From Bacteroidota bacterium (GTDB taxonomy: Bacteria > Bacteroidota > Bacteroidia > B-17B0 > Aurantibacillaceae): a stretch of DNA of 32,000 nucleotides. The notes below the pieces were generated by a model. It saw only the letters and a list, made by a program, of their open reading frames with translations, was not told the origin of the DNA and did no database searches. The stretch is from NCBI GenBank assembly GCA_003153315.1, contig PLYA01000027.1, positions 55,469 to 87,468 of the forward strand. The letters are read 5' to 3'. A program made the position numbers and the translations under genes. Positions 23,578 to 32,000 of this stretch are shown piece after piece; positions within the stretch are counted from its first letter, which is position 1, and each line of letters starts with the position of its first letter.

Positions 23578-24687
23578 ATGAGAAAGATTTACTTTATTAA
23601 AATGCTTGCTTTGCTACTGCCTCTGCAAATTTTTTCTCAAACAAGCGTATCGCAGTTAACCGTAACACCAGATTCGGTAGCTACCACATTGGCACAGGCT
23701 ATAGAAGGTAGTGGTGTAACCATAAGTAGTGCATCTTTAAACTGCGGTGCAGGGGGTGCAGGAACATTTTCATATCCAAGTACAGGTACTAATTTAGGTT
23801 TAACCAATGGGATACTTCTAACAAATGGTGGCGCAAATATTGTTGCAAATGCAGGATCTTATTTTTGTTCCGTTCAAACAGGAAATAATTTTACTGATAC
23901 TGATTTAACAGCTATTTATACTTCTGATACAAATGATGTTTGCATACTTCAATTTGATATTATACCTATGGGCGATACCATGAGTATTAAGTATGTTTTT
24001 GGCTCTGAAGAATATAATGGATATGTATGTTCACCTTTTAATGATGCATTCGGATTCTTTTTAACCGGACTTAACCCTGCAGGTGGTACATATAATGGGC
24101 AAAACATAGCTATTCTTCCGGGGATAACACCTGCAACACCTGTATCTATCAATACTGTAAATAATGGGGGTACCATGTATCCATGTTCAGCTACTAATCC
24201 CTCTTTTTACCATGATAATATTGCAAGCCCTAATAATGATATTGCTTATGATGGATATACCATACCCATTACCTCTGTTATTCCGGTGGTAGCATCTGCT
24301 ACTTATCATATTAAAATAGCTATTGCTGATGCAAGTGATGAAATTTTTGATTCCGGAGTTTTTATACAGGATGGCATTAGCAGTAATCAACCAAATACAA
24401 CCAATATTAATCTGTTAAATAAACAAGATAAAACCTTGCTTGTTTATCCTAATCCAACCAACGGCATACTTACTATTAAATATACTCTAAATAATACTGA
24501 TTGCAATGAGGCTGTTTTGCAGCTATTGGAAATGAATAGTGGTACTACAATACTTAAGAAAAATATAGCTTGCAATGCTACTCAAACACAAATTGATATG
24601 AGCGAATTGCCAAGCGGTGTTTATTCCTTAAGCATACTAAGTAATACAAATGCCTCAAAGAATATAAAGGTAATTAAGGTGAAGTAA
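23578..24687 (+). CDS. T9SS-secreted protein: choice-of-anchor L-like domain plus type A C-terminal sorting domain
   Basis: Signal peptide ...LLLPLQIFSQT. The segment GLTNGILLTNG...TDTDL...FDIIPMGDTMSIKYVFGSEEY...NDAFGFFL...ILPG...VSINTVNNG matches the choice-of-anchor L pattern. The C-terminal LLVYPNPTNGILTIKY...LPSGVYSLSIL...IKVIKVK is a Por/T9SS CTD. Confidence 0.85.
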   Translation: MRKIYFIKMLALLLPLQIFSQTSVSQLTVTPDSVATTLAQAIEGSGVTISSASLNCGAGGAGTFSYPSTGTNLGLTNGILLTNGGANIVANAGSYFCSVQTGNNFTDTDLTAIYTSDTNDVCILQFDIIPMGDTMSIKYVFGSEEYNGYVCSPFNDAFGFFLTGLNPAGGTYNGQNIAILPGITPATPVSINTVNNGGTMYPCSATNPSFYHDNIASPNNDIAYDGYTIPITSVIPVVASATYHIKIAIADASDEIFDSGVFIQDGISSNQPNTTNINLLNKQDKTLLVYPNPTNGILTIKYTLNNTDCNEAVLQLLEMNSGTTILKKNIACNATQTQIDMSELPSGVYSLSILSNTNASKNIKVIKVK

Positions 24688-24704
24688 AGATTTTATCGCT
24701 TATC

Positions 24705-25469
24705 TCAACAATACCCCTTTATCTTATAAATAAGCCAACCCATCATTTCATGTATTAATAAGGTACTTGTATGCAAAGCACCCGGGTCTGGTATAAATAA
24801 ATGGTCAAAATCAAACTTGCGGGGTCCACTATACCTGTCGGTAGGATAAAGTACAATCTTGTTTATGCCCACTTTGTTAAAGCAACCCTTTGCCCGTCTT
24901 AAATGAAAAGCAGATGTAACAAACAAAACAGAATCCTGTATGTACAAACTATCCATCAGGTGTTTGGTAAAAAGGGCATTCTCGCGGGTATTCTTCGATT
25001 CGTTTTCAATAATAATACTTGAATCAGCATAACCGCACTTTAGTAAATACTTCTTTAAAATAGCAGCTTCCTTTTCTTCAGGATGGCTAATACTACCGGA
25101 ACCTCCGGTAATGATAATTTTTTGCACCTGCTTACTTCCCAACAAAGGCAGCGTTTGAAAAAGCCTGTCGGCATTGCGCAAAAACTGGGGTTTATCCTGC
25201 CGTGCATCATACCAAATCATTCCCCCCAACACAACAGCGTATTTATAGTTGCGTGTGGGTTTTAAATCGGGGGTGGTAACTTCCCATAGGCGCATACATT
25301 CATCAACAATAAAAGAATTAGAAAATATATATAAAAGACAAACTGCCCAAATGATAAGTTTCTTTTTACGAAGCCTATCTTTGGCAAAAAAAGCAATAAT
25401 ACATAAGGCAAAAAACCAAATTAACGGTGTAATTAAAAAAGCCAGTATCTTAGAGAAGATAAAAAACAC
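24705..25469 (-). CDS. YdcF/ElyC/SanA (DUF218) family membrane protein
   Basis: N-terminal TM helices followed by the DUF218 pattern AVVLGG...IIITGGSGS...NTRENA...VTSAFHLRRA. Confidence 0.8.
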   Translation of the reverse strand: MFFIFSKILAFLITPLIWFFALCIIAFFAKDRLRKKKLIIWAVCLLYIFSNSFIVDECMRLWEVTTPDLKPTRNYKYAVVLGGMIWYDARQDKPQFLRNADRLFQTLPLLGSKQVQKIIITGGSGSISHPEEKEAAILKKYLLKCGYADSSIIIENESKNTRENALFTKHLMDSLYIQDSVLFVTSAFHLRRAKGCFNKVGINKIVLYPTDRYSGPRKFDFDHLFIPDPGALHTSTLLIHEMMGWLIYKIKGYC

Positions 25470-25491
25470 GAAAGCAAAAATAAGTAATTAG

Positions 25492-26508
25492 ATGAAAGTA
25501 AGCTCCATCCTGCGATTATTATTAAGTGTGATTACCATAGGTTGCTTTGTGTGGTTACTAATTTATGCAGAGCTGGCACTTTATCTGGCAAAGATTTCCT
25601 ATGGACAAGTAAACATCTTATTAAACACCGAGAAGATTGCAACTCTTTTAAAAGAAGATAAATTCAATAAAGAAGATAAGCAAAAGATTTTATGGGTTGA
25701 AGAAATAAAAAAATACTCGGTAGATAGCCTGGGGTATAAGCCTACTCATAATTTTACCACCTACTTTAACCAACATAACCAACCTATTTTATGGATAGTT
25801 ACTGCCTGCAAACCTTTTGCCTTTGAGGCTTATGAATGGGATTTCCCTATTGTGGGACATGTATCTTACAAAGGTTTCTTTAACAAAAGTGCAGCAGAAA
25901 AAGAGCGTTTTAAACTATATAGGCAAGGCTACGATGCCGATATATCTGAGGTTAGTGCATGGAGTACCTTAGGCTGGTTGCCCGACCCTGTATTATCATC
26001 TATGCTCAGCAAATCAAAAGGAAGGATGGCAAATCTGTTCTTTCATGAATTGTTTCATGCTACCTATTACGCACCAAGCAGTGTAGATGTAAATGAAAAC
26101 TTAGCCAACTTTATTGCCCGAAAAGCCACCCTTAAATTCCTGCAAGATGATACTGCCGAGCTTAACAAGTTTTTAAATACTATGCAAGATGATTCTACCT
26201 ACAATACATTTATTTTTAAAGGCTATGAAAGGTTGAAAAAGATGTATGCCCAAAGCGCAGATAAAGACAATAACTTTCGTTTAGCAGAAAAAGAAAAAAC
26301 TTTAGCAGCTATTTACAGAGAAAGCTTTGATGTAAAACTCCATTACCCTAAACGATATAAGGAGTATAATAAGCAGATTCTTTTTGCCAAGAACTCCTTT
26401 TTTATAGATGCACACAGGTATGATGGGCTTTCTGACTCATTAAACGAGGTTTTTAACAAAAAATACGGTGGAAATCTTAAAAAGATGATAACCGACCTAA
26501 AAAAATAA
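25492..26508 (+). CDS. putative zinc aminopeptidase (DUF2265 / 'predicted aminopeptidase' family)
   Basis: An N-terminal anchor, then HELFHATYY (HExxH) in the context GWLPDPVLSSML...LFFHELFHA, typical of that family. Confidence 0.7.
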   Translation: MKVSSILRLLLSVITIGCFVWLLIYAELALYLAKISYGQVNILLNTEKIATLLKEDKFNKEDKQKILWVEEIKKYSVDSLGYKPTHNFTTYFNQHNQPILWIVTACKPFAFEAYEWDFPIVGHVSYKGFFNKSAAEKERFKLYRQGYDADISEVSAWSTLGWLPDPVLSSMLSKSKGRMANLFFHELFHATYYAPSSVDVNENLANFIARKATLKFLQDDTAELNKFLNTMQDDSTYNTFIFKGYERLKKMYAQSADKDNNFRLAEKEKTLAAIYRESFDVKLHYPKRYKEYNKQILFAKNSFFIDAHRYDGLSDSLNEVFNKKYGGNLKKMITDLKK

Positions 26509-26584
26509 AAATCCGTATATTTAGGGGCTTTTTAAAAATTGGTTTAATTTTTGATAGGGAATAACAATTAAAAAATTAAGATTT

Positions 26585-28096
26585 ATGAAAAAAATAGTAT
26601 CAGCAATTATTTTAATAGCAACAGTAGCCACAGCAAAGGCACAAACTAAAGAACAAGGCTACGAAATTAAGTTAACAATTAAAGGCCTTAAAGATTCTGC
26701 CTGCTACCTTACCAGATATAAATGGGAAGGACAATACTATGTAGATACTGCGGTTGTTAAAAAAGGAGGTATAATGACTTTTAAAGGAAATAAACCTCTG
26801 GAAAAAGGGCTATACTCTCTTGTTGGGGCTAAGAGAAATGCTCTCTATTTTGACTTACCTATTACCGAACAAAAATTAACTATTGTTACTGATACCGCAG
26901 ATATATATAAGAACATGAAAATTACCGGTCCCACAGTTAATGAGGACTTTAGAAAATTCGTAATCTTTATGTCAACCCACTACAAGGAAGCATATGATTT
27001 TGAACAGGAAACAAAAAAGAAAAAAGATCCCGATTCTACCAAACTGATTAGAGAAAATAAGACCAAACACTTTGAAGAAATAAAGAAATACCAAAAGGAT
27101 TATTTAGCAGCCAATCCTAATACTTACTTAAGCACTATTATTCATTTACAAACTGATATAGAGATGCCGCCTATCCCTAAAGCATCTAACGGACGTAAAG
27201 ATTCTTTATGGGAATATAACTATTATGTACAGCATTATTGGGATGGTATTCCTTTAAATGATGTAGGAACTGTTAATACCAATAAACTTTTTGCAAACAA
27301 ACTAAAAACCTACTATGAAAAAACTTTAACTCCGGCACCTGATAGTCTTATCAAGTATTCTGATTGGTTGGTGAAACAAACTGGTGGTGATAAAGAAATG
27401 TTTAAATACATTGTTTACTACATGACCTATACTAGCGAATCGTCGAAAATAATGGGGCATGATGCTGTTTTTGTGCATCTTATAAATCAATATTATCGCA
27501 CAGGTAAAGCTTATTGGATGGACGAGAAGCAAACAAAAAAAATGCTTGAGCGTGGTGATATATTAGAGCCTCTATTGCTTGGTAATAAAGCTCCTGAAAT
27601 GAATATGATTGATACCACGGGTGCTAAAACTATTAAGAAATTGGGTATGGATACTATAACTAACAGTGAAAGACTGACTACTGTTTTTACAGATAACTAT
27701 GCTACCTTGCAAAAGCTCTTCGTACCATTATATAGTATTAAAGCAGATTATACCGTAGTTGTTTTTTGGGATGTAGATTGCGGGCATTGCCAAAAGGAAA
27801 TACCCCAGTTAAAAGAAATATATGATAAAATGAAAGCTGAAGGTAAAAGCGTTGAAGTATATAGCGTTTATACTCACTTTGAAGTTGACAAGTGGAAGAA
27901 ATTTATCCGTGAACATAAACTAAACTGGATAAACGTATATAATGGTGTTCACTTAATTGACCTGAAGGTAAAATATGATATCTACAGTACGCCAAGGATA
28001 TTCTTGCTTGACAAAAATAAGGTTATTAAAGCAAAGCAAATAGGTGTTGAGCAGGTTGAGAGTGTAATTAACAACCTTAGCCGTATTAAATCCTAA
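26585..28096 (+). CDS. TlpA-like thiol-disulfide oxidoreductase with N-terminal DUF4369/DUF5106-like domains
   Basis: Signal peptide ...ATVATAKAQT. Thioredoxin-fold active site VVFWDVDCGHCQKEIP (CxxC) in the C-terminal ~150 aa. Confidence 0.8.
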   Translation: MKKIVSAIILIATVATAKAQTKEQGYEIKLTIKGLKDSACYLTRYKWEGQYYVDTAVVKKGGIMTFKGNKPLEKGLYSLVGAKRNALYFDLPITEQKLTIVTDTADIYKNMKITGPTVNEDFRKFVIFMSTHYKEAYDFEQETKKKKDPDSTKLIRENKTKHFEEIKKYQKDYLAANPNTYLSTIIHLQTDIEMPPIPKASNGRKDSLWEYNYYVQHYWDGIPLNDVGTVNTNKLFANKLKTYYEKTLTPAPDSLIKYSDWLVKQTGGDKEMFKYIVYYMTYTSESSKIMGHDAVFVHLINQYYRTGKAYWMDEKQTKKMLERGDILEPLLLGNKAPEMNMIDTTGAKTIKKLGMDTITNSERLTTVFTDNYATLQKLFVPLYSIKADYTVVVFWDVDCGHCQKEIPQLKEIYDKMKAEGKSVEVYSVYTHFEVDKWKKFIREHKLNWINVYNGVHLIDLKVKYDIYSTPRIFLLDKNKVIKAKQIGVEQVESVINNLSRIKS

Positions 28097-28101
28097 GCGG
28101 A

Positions 28102-29241
28102 TTACGCTAAAGCTTTATTCCTCTTAACCACTATATCATACAGGGTTTCGTACTCTTTTAAGATTTTAGTAATATCAAAATCTTCTGCGCGTTTGTAAGC
28201 TCCTTCTCTAAATTTTGCAAGTGTAGTTTCATCCGATAAGATATGTATGGCATTCTTTGCCATATCATCCACATCGCCTACATTACTCATATAGCCTGTA
28301 ACTCCATTAATATTTAGTTCGGGTAAACCACCTGTATTGGTTGATATCACAGGTATCTTCATAGCCATAGCTTCTAAAGCCGCTAAACCAAAGCTTTCGG
28401 TTTCCGAAGGAAGAATAAACAAATCGGCTATAGATAATACATCCTTGGGGTCGGCAATTTTACCAACTGAAATAATGTCTCCGCAGGTATCTAACTCCCT
28501 GCAAAGTTTATCTATTACAGCACGTTCAGGCCCATCGCCAACCAAGATTAATTTAGTAGGTATTTGTTTACGCACCTTATCAAATACACGCAATACATCA
28601 TCAACACGCTTTACCTTACGGAAGTTTGATATATGTATCATTATCTTTTCTCCGTTAGTTGCGTAGCGGTGCCTGCTGCATTTATCAAAGTTTACATTGT
28701 ACTCTCTTAAATCAATAAAGTTGGGAATTACCTCAACCTCTTTATGTAAATCAAAAATAGAAAGGGTGTCTTGCTTTAAACTCTCTGAAACTGCTGTAAC
28801 GGCATCACTGTTCTCTAAAGAGTATTTAATTACCGGAAGAAAAGCAGGGTCGCGCCCTACAAGCGTTATATCTGTTCCGTGAAGTGTAGTGATAAAAGGA
28901 ATGTGTATGTTTTTAGTTGCCAGTATGTTCTTAGCCATTAAAGCTGCAGACGCATGCGGAATGGCATAATGCACATGCAACAAATCCAGCGCTTCATGCT
29001 GAGCCACATCTACTATTTTACTGGCCAGGGCAGATTCATAGGGCTGGTATTCAAACAAAGGGTAATCGCTTACATTTACTTCGTGAAAGAAAATATTCTC
29101 GGTAAAATAGCTTAACCTGAATGGCTGGCTATAGGTTATAAAATGTATCTGATGTCCTTTTAAGGCTAGGGCTTTTCCTAACTCAGTAGCTACAACGCCG
29201 CTACCGCCAAAGGTAGGGTAACAAACAATTCCTATTTTCAT
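28102..29241 (-). CDS. bshA: N-acetyl-alpha-D-glucosaminyl L-malate synthase (bacillithiol biosynthesis GT4)
   Basis: MKIGIVCYPTFGGSGVVATELGKALALKGHQIHFIT...TTLHGTDIT...HISNFRKVKRV...LVGDGPE...ESFGLAALEAMA is closely collinear with Bacillus BshA as I remember it. Confidence 0.85.
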   Translation of the reverse strand: MKIGIVCYPTFGGSGVVATELGKALALKGHQIHFITYSQPFRLSYFTENIFFHEVNVSDYPLFEYQPYESALASKIVDVAQHEALDLLHVHYAIPHASAALMAKNILATKNIHIPFITTLHGTDITLVGRDPAFLPVIKYSLENSDAVTAVSESLKQDTLSIFDLHKEVEVIPNFIDLREYNVNFDKCSRHRYATNGEKIMIHISNFRKVKRVDDVLRVFDKVRKQIPTKLILVGDGPERAVIDKLCRELDTCGDIISVGKIADPKDVLSIADLFILPSETESFGLAALEAMAMKIPVISTNTGGLPELNINGVTGYMSNVGDVDDMAKNAIHILSDETTLAKFREGAYKRAEDFDITKILKEYETLYDIVVKRNKALA

Positions 29242-29255
29242 TTTAATTAATGTCT

Positions 29256-30413
29256 TTATGGTTTAACCCAGAACAAATTAGGGTTATTGGTTTTGTAATA
29301 AATAAACGTAACACCCGTTTTTTCGTTGACTTCTTTTTTTACATGTGGTTCTTGTAAATAAGCATCTAACGGAAGCAACTCGACAGAAACAGATGTTTTG
29401 CCCTTTTTCCATGTCTCGGTATCATATTCGCTTGATAATCCACATTGAATTCTATATAAATTTTTCGCCATATAATTATACAAGTAATCTTCTTTAGTTT
29501 CCGGATTTTTATTATTCCAATTGGCATTTTTATTTATTTCAAGTGGCTTATTAGTAACCAATCGTTCGCGCACTTCTTCAATGCCAAGCATTTCGCCTTT
29601 TTCATTCATTACGTAAGCTTCCATAGTTGGGTCAATCCAAATCCATTTGTTTAAAGAAGGAACAAATACCATATTAATTACATGGCAATCATTAAAAACA
29701 GAATCTTTTGGCATACAGGTAACAAAGCGGGATTTGAAGCCCGTGGCAAGATAACACTCGTTCAGCACGGTAGCCAAGCCCCTGCAATTTAGCCCGCGAT
29801 TTCCCTTTTTACATTCATTAATCAAACTCATGCCATTTTTCACTTCGGGGTTATTGCTGTTTCCGTCGTGTGGAATTAAGTTATGTATCCAATGTAATAA
29901 GTTAAGAATTTTATCAACGTCTTTGCCGGTTCCCGCAATCGAATCAAGTTTAAAACCCTTACGCAATGCCACTAAATTAGGGTTATCTTGACTTTGATAA
30001 AAAAACTTGGGTACTTCTCTATTATCGGAAAAATTATACGCAGCGGCTTTTTTCAGTGTATCAAGATAATTGATAGGAATATCGAGTTTTGCTTTTGGGT
30101 CGTATTTTACCTGCGTAAATGCACTGTCTTTGCCATTCAGTAAAATAACAAAATCAAACACCTTGCCCGAATCAACGGTAATAGTAATTGAATCGGTATT
30201 GGTGTAGAAAGTTACTTGCTTGTTTGGGGTGGCATATATATCAGGCTTCACATCAGGTGAGATTGTCCAGGCATTTTTAAACAAAATACCGCCGCTTTTT
30301 ATATTCACCGATTTATCTGATGCCTGTATTACAGGCAATGTGTTTTTCTTTTCGTTTGTACACGAAAAAAACATTAATACTGCGCTTGAAAGAAGAACTA
30401 TTTTATTATACAT
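29256..30413 (-). CDS. transglutaminase-like cysteine-protease-fold lipoprotein
   Basis: Lipoprotein signal ...LMFFSC. Cys-His-Asp pattern: GLNCRGLATVL, NDCHVINMVF, WIWIDPT. Confidence 0.7.
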   Translation of the reverse strand: MYNKIVLLSSAVLMFFSCTNEKKNTLPVIQASDKSVNIKSGGILFKNAWTISPDVKPDIYATPNKQVTFYTNTDSITITVDSGKVFDFVILLNGKDSAFTQVKYDPKAKLDIPINYLDTLKKAAAYNFSDNREVPKFFYQSQDNPNLVALRKGFKLDSIAGTGKDVDKILNLLHWIHNLIPHDGNSNNPEVKNGMSLINECKKGNRGLNCRGLATVLNECYLATGFKSRFVTCMPKDSVFNDCHVINMVFVPSLNKWIWIDPTMEAYVMNEKGEMLGIEEVRERLVTNKPLEINKNANWNNKNPETKEDYLYNYMAKNLYRIQCGLSSEYDTETWKKGKTSVSVELLPLDAYLQEPHVKKEVNEKTGVTFIYYKTNNPNLFWVKP

Positions 30414-30421
30414 TTTTTACT

Positions 30422-32000
30422 TTAATACTTCAACAAGGCCTCCATAGCAACCTCAACCTTCTCTGCATTGGGCAGCATGGTTTTCTCTAAGGTGGAGTTA
30501 AGCGGTATGGCAGGTAAATTTTCTGCACCAATAACTTTAACAGGTGCATCTAATTGCTCGAAACAATTCTCGCTGATGCGGGACGCTATGCTTTGCGCAA
30601 AACTATTACTCTTAGGCTCTTCAGTTAGCACCAACACCTTACCGTGTTTTTTTGCAGAAGCATAAATAGTAGCTTCATCTAAAGGAGATAGTGTTCTTAA
30701 ATCAACAATCTCTATCTGATTAGGGAATTTCTTAGCTGCATTCTTAGCCCAATAAACTCCCATGCCGTATGTTATTACCGTAAGCGTACTCTTATCTTTT
30801 GCTGCTTCAACTTCCTGCACCATTCTGGCTTTGCCTAAGGGAATAACATAATCTTCATCAGGCTCTATGGTTTTGGCATCTTCAGTTCCTTTTATTTTAC
30901 TCCAGTACAAACCTTTGTGTTCAAGCATCAGCACAGGATTCGGGTCGTAGTAGGCTGCTTTCATTAAACCTTTTAAATCAGCACCGGTGCTTGGGTAACA
31001 AACTTTAATACCTTTAATATTACACACCACACTCTCTACACTGCTGCTGTGGTAAGGACCACCACTGCCATACGCGCCAATGGGCACACGCAAAATACAG
31101 CTAACAGGCCATTTGCCGTTTGATAAATAACATGAACGGGATACCTCTGTAAACAACTGGTTTAAGCCAGGCCAAATGTAATCGGCAAACTGTACTTCTA
31201 CAATGGGTTTCAATCCCACCGCACTCATACCCACAGTAGAACCTATAATAAATGCTTCCTGTATAGGAGTATTAAATACACGGTGGTTGCCAAACTTTTG
31301 TGCAAGGGTGGCAGCTTCTCTAAACACGCCGCCCAGGCGGTAACCCACATCTTGTCCGTATAACAAACACTCGGGGTGTTTCTCCATCAACTCGCGTATA
31401 GCAAACAAGGCGGCATCAACCATTACGGTTGGCTGCTTGCCTGCGGGTGCGCGGTTTCCTTTTTCTTCGGTTATGGGCGTAGGTGCAAAATCGTGGGTAA
31501 ATAAATCTTCCGGTCTTGGGTCTTCGGCCTGCAATGCTTTTTCATAATCGGCTTTTACAAGGGCAGTAGCCGCATCTTCTATCTTCTTTAATTCTTTTTC
31601 CTCAACGCGCTCAATCAACAAACGGTTACGCAACTTAGGCAAAGGGTCTTTCTTTAATGCTTCTTCCAAATCATCGCGGTACCACTCTTTACGTACACCC
31701 GATGTATGGTGATTCAGCAAAGGCACTTTAGCATGCACTAAAAATGGACGACGCTCTTTTCTGATTATCTCTATAACCTCTTGTAGCGTAGTAAAAGATT
31801 TTACAAAATCAGTCCCGTCAATAGTGCGGGTTTCCAGTCCTTTAAAACCTTTGGCATATTCGCTGGCATCCTGTGCTCTAATTTCTTTTGCGTTGGCAGA
31901 TATATCCCACTCATTATCCTGCACCAGGTATAATATAGGCAGTTGCTTTAGTGCTGCCATCTGAAAGGCTTCGGCTACTTCTCCCTCAGTAATGCAGGCA
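30422..32000 (-). CDS. fused alpha/beta E1 component of a 2-oxoacid (branched-chain/pyruvate-type) dehydrogenase, 5'-truncated by the window
   Basis: The frame stays open to nt 32000. The window holds the end of the TPP-binding alpha part (LPILYLVQDNEWDIS) and a complete beta part (GQDVG..GGVFREA...FGNHRVFNTPIQEAFIIG; C-terminal transketolase-like domain). Confidence 0.88.
   Translation of the reverse strand, partial: ACITEGEVAEAFQMAALKQLPILYLVQDNEWDISANAKEIRAQDASEYAKGFKGLETRTIDGTDFVKSFTTLQEVIEIIRKERRPFLVHAKVPLLNHHTSGVRKEWYRDDLEEALKKDPLPKLRNRLLIERVEEKELKKIEDAATALVKADYEKALQAEDPRPEDLFTHDFAPTPITEEKGNRAPAGKQPTVMVDAALFAIRELMEKHPECLLYGQDVGYRLGGVFREAATLAQKFGNHRVFNTPIQEAFIIGSTVGMSAVGLKPIVEVQFADYIWPGLNQLFTEVSRSCYLSNGKWPVSCILRVPIGAYGSGGPYHSSSVESVVCNIKGIKVCYPSTGADLKGLMKAAYYDPNPVLMLEHKGLYWSKIKGTEDAKTIEPDEDYVIPLGKARMVQEVEAAKDKSTLTVITYGMGVYWAKNAAKKFPNQIEIVDLRTLSPLDEATIYASAKKHGKVLVLTEEPKSNSFAQSIASRISENCFEQLDAPVKVIGAENLPAIPLNSTLEKTMLPNAEKVEVAMEALLKY

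Noticed and set aside
26585-30413. TlpA-like oxidoreductase, bshA and transglutaminase-like lipoprotein considered as a dedicated thiol-redox system
   Set aside because: The TlpA-like gene is convergent with bshA and not co-transcribed with it. bshA appears to sit in an operon with the E1 dehydrogenase and the lipoprotein. All are common housekeeping families, and adjacency alone is weak evidence.
1192-30665. About 25 further short ORFs (60-120 aa) in the track that lie antisense to or inside strongly supported genes, e.g. 1192..1455, 5355..5549, 6055..6417, 6751..6933, 9440..9634, 12103..12336, 12685..12993, 13934..14211, 14944..15141, 15390..15644, 16452..16661, 19497..19691, 21420..21617, 22654..22893, 23949..24390, 25083..25491, 27326..27532, 28337..28882, 30220..30665
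   Set aside because: All are shadow ORFs overlapping genes that carry clear family motifs on the other strand or frame. Their compositions are skewed (Ser/Leu/Ile/Phe-rich) and none shows a recognisable motif.
1-32000. A search by eye for tRNA, rRNA, tmRNA, RNase P, SRP RNA and riboswitch signatures in all intergenic regions
   Set aside because: I saw no T-loop (GGTTCGAATCC-like) or other diagnostic conserved motifs. The intergenic spaces upstream of candidate riboswitch-regulated genes, such as the BtuF-like gene, are too short (about 50 nt).

Overview
This is a low-GC, Bacteroidota-type chromosomal segment. The assignment rests on a T9SS C-terminal sorting domain, TAnnTTTG -7 promoter boxes with no Shine-Dalgarno sequences, BshA, and a fused E1 alpha/beta dehydrogenase. 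I support about 31 protein genes, mostly housekeeping: rocD, an Omp85-like OMP, RNase G, HU, a TPR protein, an M61 peptidase, dnaA, a DMT transporter, pepT, hpt, adk, obg, an SDR, short glycogen synthase, panC, a GT9 heptosyltransferase, ssb, a YdcF-like protein, a DUF2265-type aminopeptidase, a TlpA-like oxidoreductase, bshA, a transglutaminase-like lipoprotein and E1 dehydrogenase. I found no tRNA, rRNA, CRISPR array, transposase or integrase. The non-ordinary part is about 21.3-23.6 kb. It contains a tail-less SSB, a very AT-rich membrane/coiled-coil orphan ORF, and a much GC-richer 238-aa orphan ORF. That second ORF is flanked by two unrelated arrays of direct repeats with about 21-bp phasing: 14 units directly after its stop codon and 4 GTTGTCT motifs in its upstream region. 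A third 21-bp-periodic array (63-bp units, GC-rich mini-hairpins) lies just 3' of RNase G. Other notable points are an adenylate kinase fused to a roughly 90-aa Lys/Ala-rich histone-H1-like tail, and a 29-aa bS22/AURKAIP1-like basic ORF missing from the ORF track. There is also a weak oriC candidate upstream of dnaA and several promoter boxes that sit almost on top of start codons. All functional readings of the repeat arrays are inference. I could not run any database search.
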